From: the human T2T-CHM13v2.0 reference genome, Homo sapiens
Direction: 5' to 3' (one strand)
Length of the DNA stretch: 64,000 nt
Assembly (NCBI RefSeq): GCF_009914755.1
Contig: NC_060947.1
Each line of letters opens with the position of its first letter. The first letter of the stretch is position 1. Both the position numbers and the translations under genes were made by a program. The notes under the pieces were generated by a model that was not told where the DNA came from, did not search any database, and was given only the letters and a program-made list of their open reading frames with translations. Shown here piece by piece: positions 58,166 through 64,000 of the stretch.

Positions 58166-58935
58166 TTCAATGGACTGAATGTGTTCCTCCAAAATTCGTA
58201 AGTTGAATTCCTAACCCCAGTCACTTGTGTGACTGTATTTGAACATAGGGCCTTCAGGAGGTAATTAAAATGAAATGAGGTCATAAGCATAGGGCCTGAT
58301 ATGGTTTGGCTATGTGTCCCCACCCAAATCTCATGTCTAATTGTAATACCCACATGTCAGGGGAGGGGTCTGGTGGGAGGTGATTGAATCATGGGGCAGA
58401 CTTCCTCCTTGCTATTCTTGTGATAGAGTTCTCACGAGATCTGTTTGATTGAAAGTGTGTAGCACTTCCCCCTTCACACTCTGTCTGCTGCTTGGACATG
58501 TGAAGATGTGTTCACTTCCTTTTTGCCTTCTGCCATGATTGTAAGTTTCAGAGGCCTCCTGGTCATACTTCCTGCTAAGCCTGTGAAACTGTGAGTCAAA
58601 CCTCTTTTCTTCATAAATTACCCAGTCTTGGGTAGTTCCTTATAGCAATGTGAGAACAGACTAATACAGGGCCCTAATCTGATAAGATTGCTGGCCCTAT
58701 AAGAAGAGGAAGAGAGGAGATTTCTTTCACTTTTCATGCACTTACACCAACGGAAAGATATGTGAGAACAAAGAGGCTGTCTGCAAGCCAGAAAGGAAGG
58801 CCTTATCAGAAACTAAACTTTTCCAGACCTTGATCTGGGAGTTCTAGCCTCGAGAATTATGAGGAAATAAATTTTTGTTGTTTAAGCCATCTAGACTGTG
58901 ATATTTTGTTAATACAGCTCAAGAAGACTAAAACA
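58166..58935 (+). mobile_element. MLT1A/B-type MaLR LTR (split by THE1)
   Basis: ATGGACTGAATGTGTTCCTCCAAAATTC...GACTAAAACA; exact TSD CTCTC (58161-58165, 58936-58940). Confidence 0.88.
58297..58668 (+). mobile_element. THE1 (THE1D-like) solo LTR
   Basis: TGATATGGTTTGGCTATGTGTCCCCACCCAAATCTC...ACTAATACA; exact TSD GGGCC. Confidence 0.92.
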
Positions 58936-58969
58936 CTCTCATCCCCAAGGGTTCTGAGTCCCATGTCAC

Positions 58970-59366
58970 TGTCTTAGTCCATTTGTGCTAGTATAACAAA
59001 ATACAAGAGACTGGGTAATTTATAATAAACAGAAATTAATTTTTTTACAGTTTTGGAGGCCAGGAAGTCCAAAGATCAAGGTGGTGGCATACAGTGTCTG
59101 CTGAGGGCCTTCTTGCTGATCCTCCCATGGTGGGAGGTGGAAGGGCAAAAAAGGGGACGAATGCTGTGTCCTCACATATTAGAATAGCAGAAGAACCAAA
59201 ATGGGCCTAAGCTAGTTCCCTCCAACCCTTTTATTATCCATTTGTGAGGGCAAAGCTCTCAGCTCTCATGACTTAATCACTTCTCCAAAGGCCCCATCTC
59301 AATACCATGACAATGGGGATTAAATTTCAATGTGAATTTTGGAGGAGACACATTTAAGCCATAGCA
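58970..59366 (-). mobile_element. MST-type MaLR solo LTR
   Basis: TGTCTTAGTCCATTTGTGCT...CCATAGCA; exact TSD GTCAC. Confidence 0.9.
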
Positions 59367-59684
59367 GTCACTATGCCTTTCTCAGGTCATGGCTTCTGCC
59401 CTTGTCCATTTACTACAATACTGGGCAGGAGAGTACAAATAGACAATGGATAAATAGAATCCCAAATGTATTCTTCCCTGTTCCCATTATGTAATAGCTA
59501 TCCTATCTCCTCCAGGTTATCAAAGTCAAATACCCCTGCCAATATGGTGACTAATTTTTTTGCTTGTTGGTCTCTTGGTTCTCAGAGCCTAAAGTTACCA
59601 GAGGGCAGCTGTAACTTAAAGTTAATAAGGATTTTTACTATATCCCTGGTTTAAGCACATTCTCCCTTGGAACCAGGATTTCTA

Positions 59685-60410
<726 letters not shown>

Positions 60411-61858
60411 TCCACAGAGCCTGAAGTTGCAGAGATAAGAAGCACACATTGCCAAGTGGGTCAATGAGGGTGATTATAAGCAGGGCCATTCCTACTTTTA
60501 CCTCTGGGCTCTCAGAGACATGTATGATACATACTGGGGAGATGGCATTATATAAAGGTCATTTAATTAGGTTACATACCATATCCTTGTGGGTTGTACC
60601 CCATCCTTTTAAGATATGGTCTCAAGCTGGCTTCTCAATTGATTCTTTATTATTACATCAATTTATAGGTGAGCAGCATCTAAATTATGCAGTATGTCAT
60701 AGGATCAGAGAATCTCATGGATATAAGCCCACTACTAAAATCCCTTTTTTGTAAAGCTGGTCCCTTGATCTCCAACAAAATTGTGTGGTATCCTATTGAG
60801 GCAGCAAGCGCTCTGTAAGTTCCCAGGTAGTCATGCTGGCCAAGGGAAGAAAGGAAAGCTCATAGCTAGGATATATGCCAATTCCAATAATAAAGAGAAT
60901 TGCCTCCACAATCCAGGATGGAAGGCATCTGATGTAATTTCCTTGCCACCAAGTGGCTGATTGGTCTCCTTGAGGGAAAGTGCCATGATAGTGACTCAGA
61001 TATAGTCTCTGTTTATAGCTGGGGTTCTACGTTTGGCGGCAGTGGTAGCTAGATCAGTCTTGGTTAGTGAGACTCAATGATGTTTAGCCCATGCTTAGCC
61101 TCCATACTTGTGATGAGGGTTTTTTCATGCATATGCCCATTGTACCAGACTGGAGTAGCCTAATTGGCCTAATTATGTTTTCTCTTGTTATTTAGTGCCT
61201 CTTTCATGCTCTCTGGTAAGTGTTAAAATGCAAAACAGTATCTTCACATTGCACGCCAATTCCCATAAGTCAATCCACTATGTTTCTTACACTGACCTCT
61301 TTATCCTTGATTTTTCAATCTTTTTTCTTCTAGGTTCCTGACCAAACAGCCAAGCCATTTTCTGCTGCCTGTAAGTTCACATACATTCTAACTTCTGGCC
61401 AATTTTTTTCTCACAAATTGGATAATCTGTTGCATCACAAGGAATTCTGGCCACTGGAAGGATTTTTCTTCATGACTATCCTTTAAAGCCACCCCTGAGT
61501 AGGGCTCTCGAGCAGCCAGAGTTCATTTTCAGCTTCCACCCATATATTAAGCTGATCCAGTCATGAACTAAGCTTAACGTTTTTCTTTTTCCATTAGCCG
61601 ATCATAAGGGACTATCTCCATCTGACTATAGGGGTGAACTTAGAAGAGAAACTAGTGTAACATAGCAGATGATTTGGGGGTAAAGACCACTTGCTCTTGC
61701 AATTTACAATTGACTTTTGACCCTGCTAGTGCTTGATCCTGGATGTACTGCCTCCAACTAATGATGGACTGATCTTGATTCTGCCTGACATTAAGACTTG
61801 TTTGATGTGAGAGAACCCAGATCCTGATGAGCAGTTTTGGATGCATTTACAACTTTCA

Positions 61859-62550
<692 letters not shown>

Positions 62551-62554
62551 AAAA

Positions 62555-63488
<934 letters not shown>

Positions 63489-63499
63489 CATGCATTCGT

Positions 63500-64000
63500 C
63501 ATTCTTTCAGGCTGCCTACACAGCAGACAGAGTTACCCTATCAGAATATGCAAGATCAGGTCACTCTTCTGCTCAAAATTTTCCAGTGATTTTCTATCTT
63601 AATCAGAGTAAAAGCTAAAGCCATAACTTTGGTCTACAGAACCTTACATGATCTGATCTCATATCCCTTGCTTAGTCTCTTTAACCATACTGGCCTCCTT
63701 GCTGTTCCTGGAATATCTCAGGTATGCTCCAAATTTAGAGCCTCTGGACTTGCTGCTATCTTTCCTTGAAATGCTCTTATCCAGATAGTTGGATGAATTG
63801 TTGCTGGTTTACCTTTGGGTTTTTACTTATATGTCAGTTTCTCAGGAGGTCTCTTTCTGGTCATCTTACTTAAAATTGCAATTCCAATGTAATTTTCCCT
63901 GTCCCTGTTCTGCTGCCTTCTTTCTCTTCCTAGTAATTATAAGCATCTAATAAATCTGCTTTTTGTCTCTCTTCCTTCACTGAACTGTAAGTTCCATGAG
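63500..64000 (+). mobile_element. Second LINE-2 3' fragment
   Basis: GTCACTCTTCTGCTCAAAA...CATACTGGCCTCCTTGCTGTTCCTGGAA...CTGTAAGTTCCATGAG. Confidence 0.8.

Overview
This is primate (probably human or great ape) genomic DNA, AT-rich and dominated by transposable elements. I found no intact protein-coding gene, true tRNA/rRNA gene or CRISPR array. The long ORFs in the track are fragments of L1 ORF2, an EEF1A1 processed pseudogene, or Alu/LTR noise. Main contents: an old L1 with its 5' end (1-5276, minus strand); an unusual young-L1/old-L1 tail-to-tail junction (18157-20238); and a two-LTR ERV1 provirus with PBS and PPT (34596-40693) inside a dense nest of LTRs (34.3-47.4 kb). There is also a nested locus (49.2-58 kb): a MER21-type LTR hosts a full-length EEF1A1 retrocopy, which hosts a 44-bp tailed micro-insertion, an L1, an expanded AT-rich tail, and a second L1 with a probable 3' transduction. 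I see no evidence for a wholly new biological system. The best leads are the unidentified micro-retrocopy, the candidate 3' transduction, the non-canonical L1 junction, the CpG asymmetry between the twin LTRs, and a tRNA-like module in the proviral leader. Subfamily names are recalled from consensus sequences and need RepeatMasker/Dfam confirmation. Boundaries of old elements are approximate.
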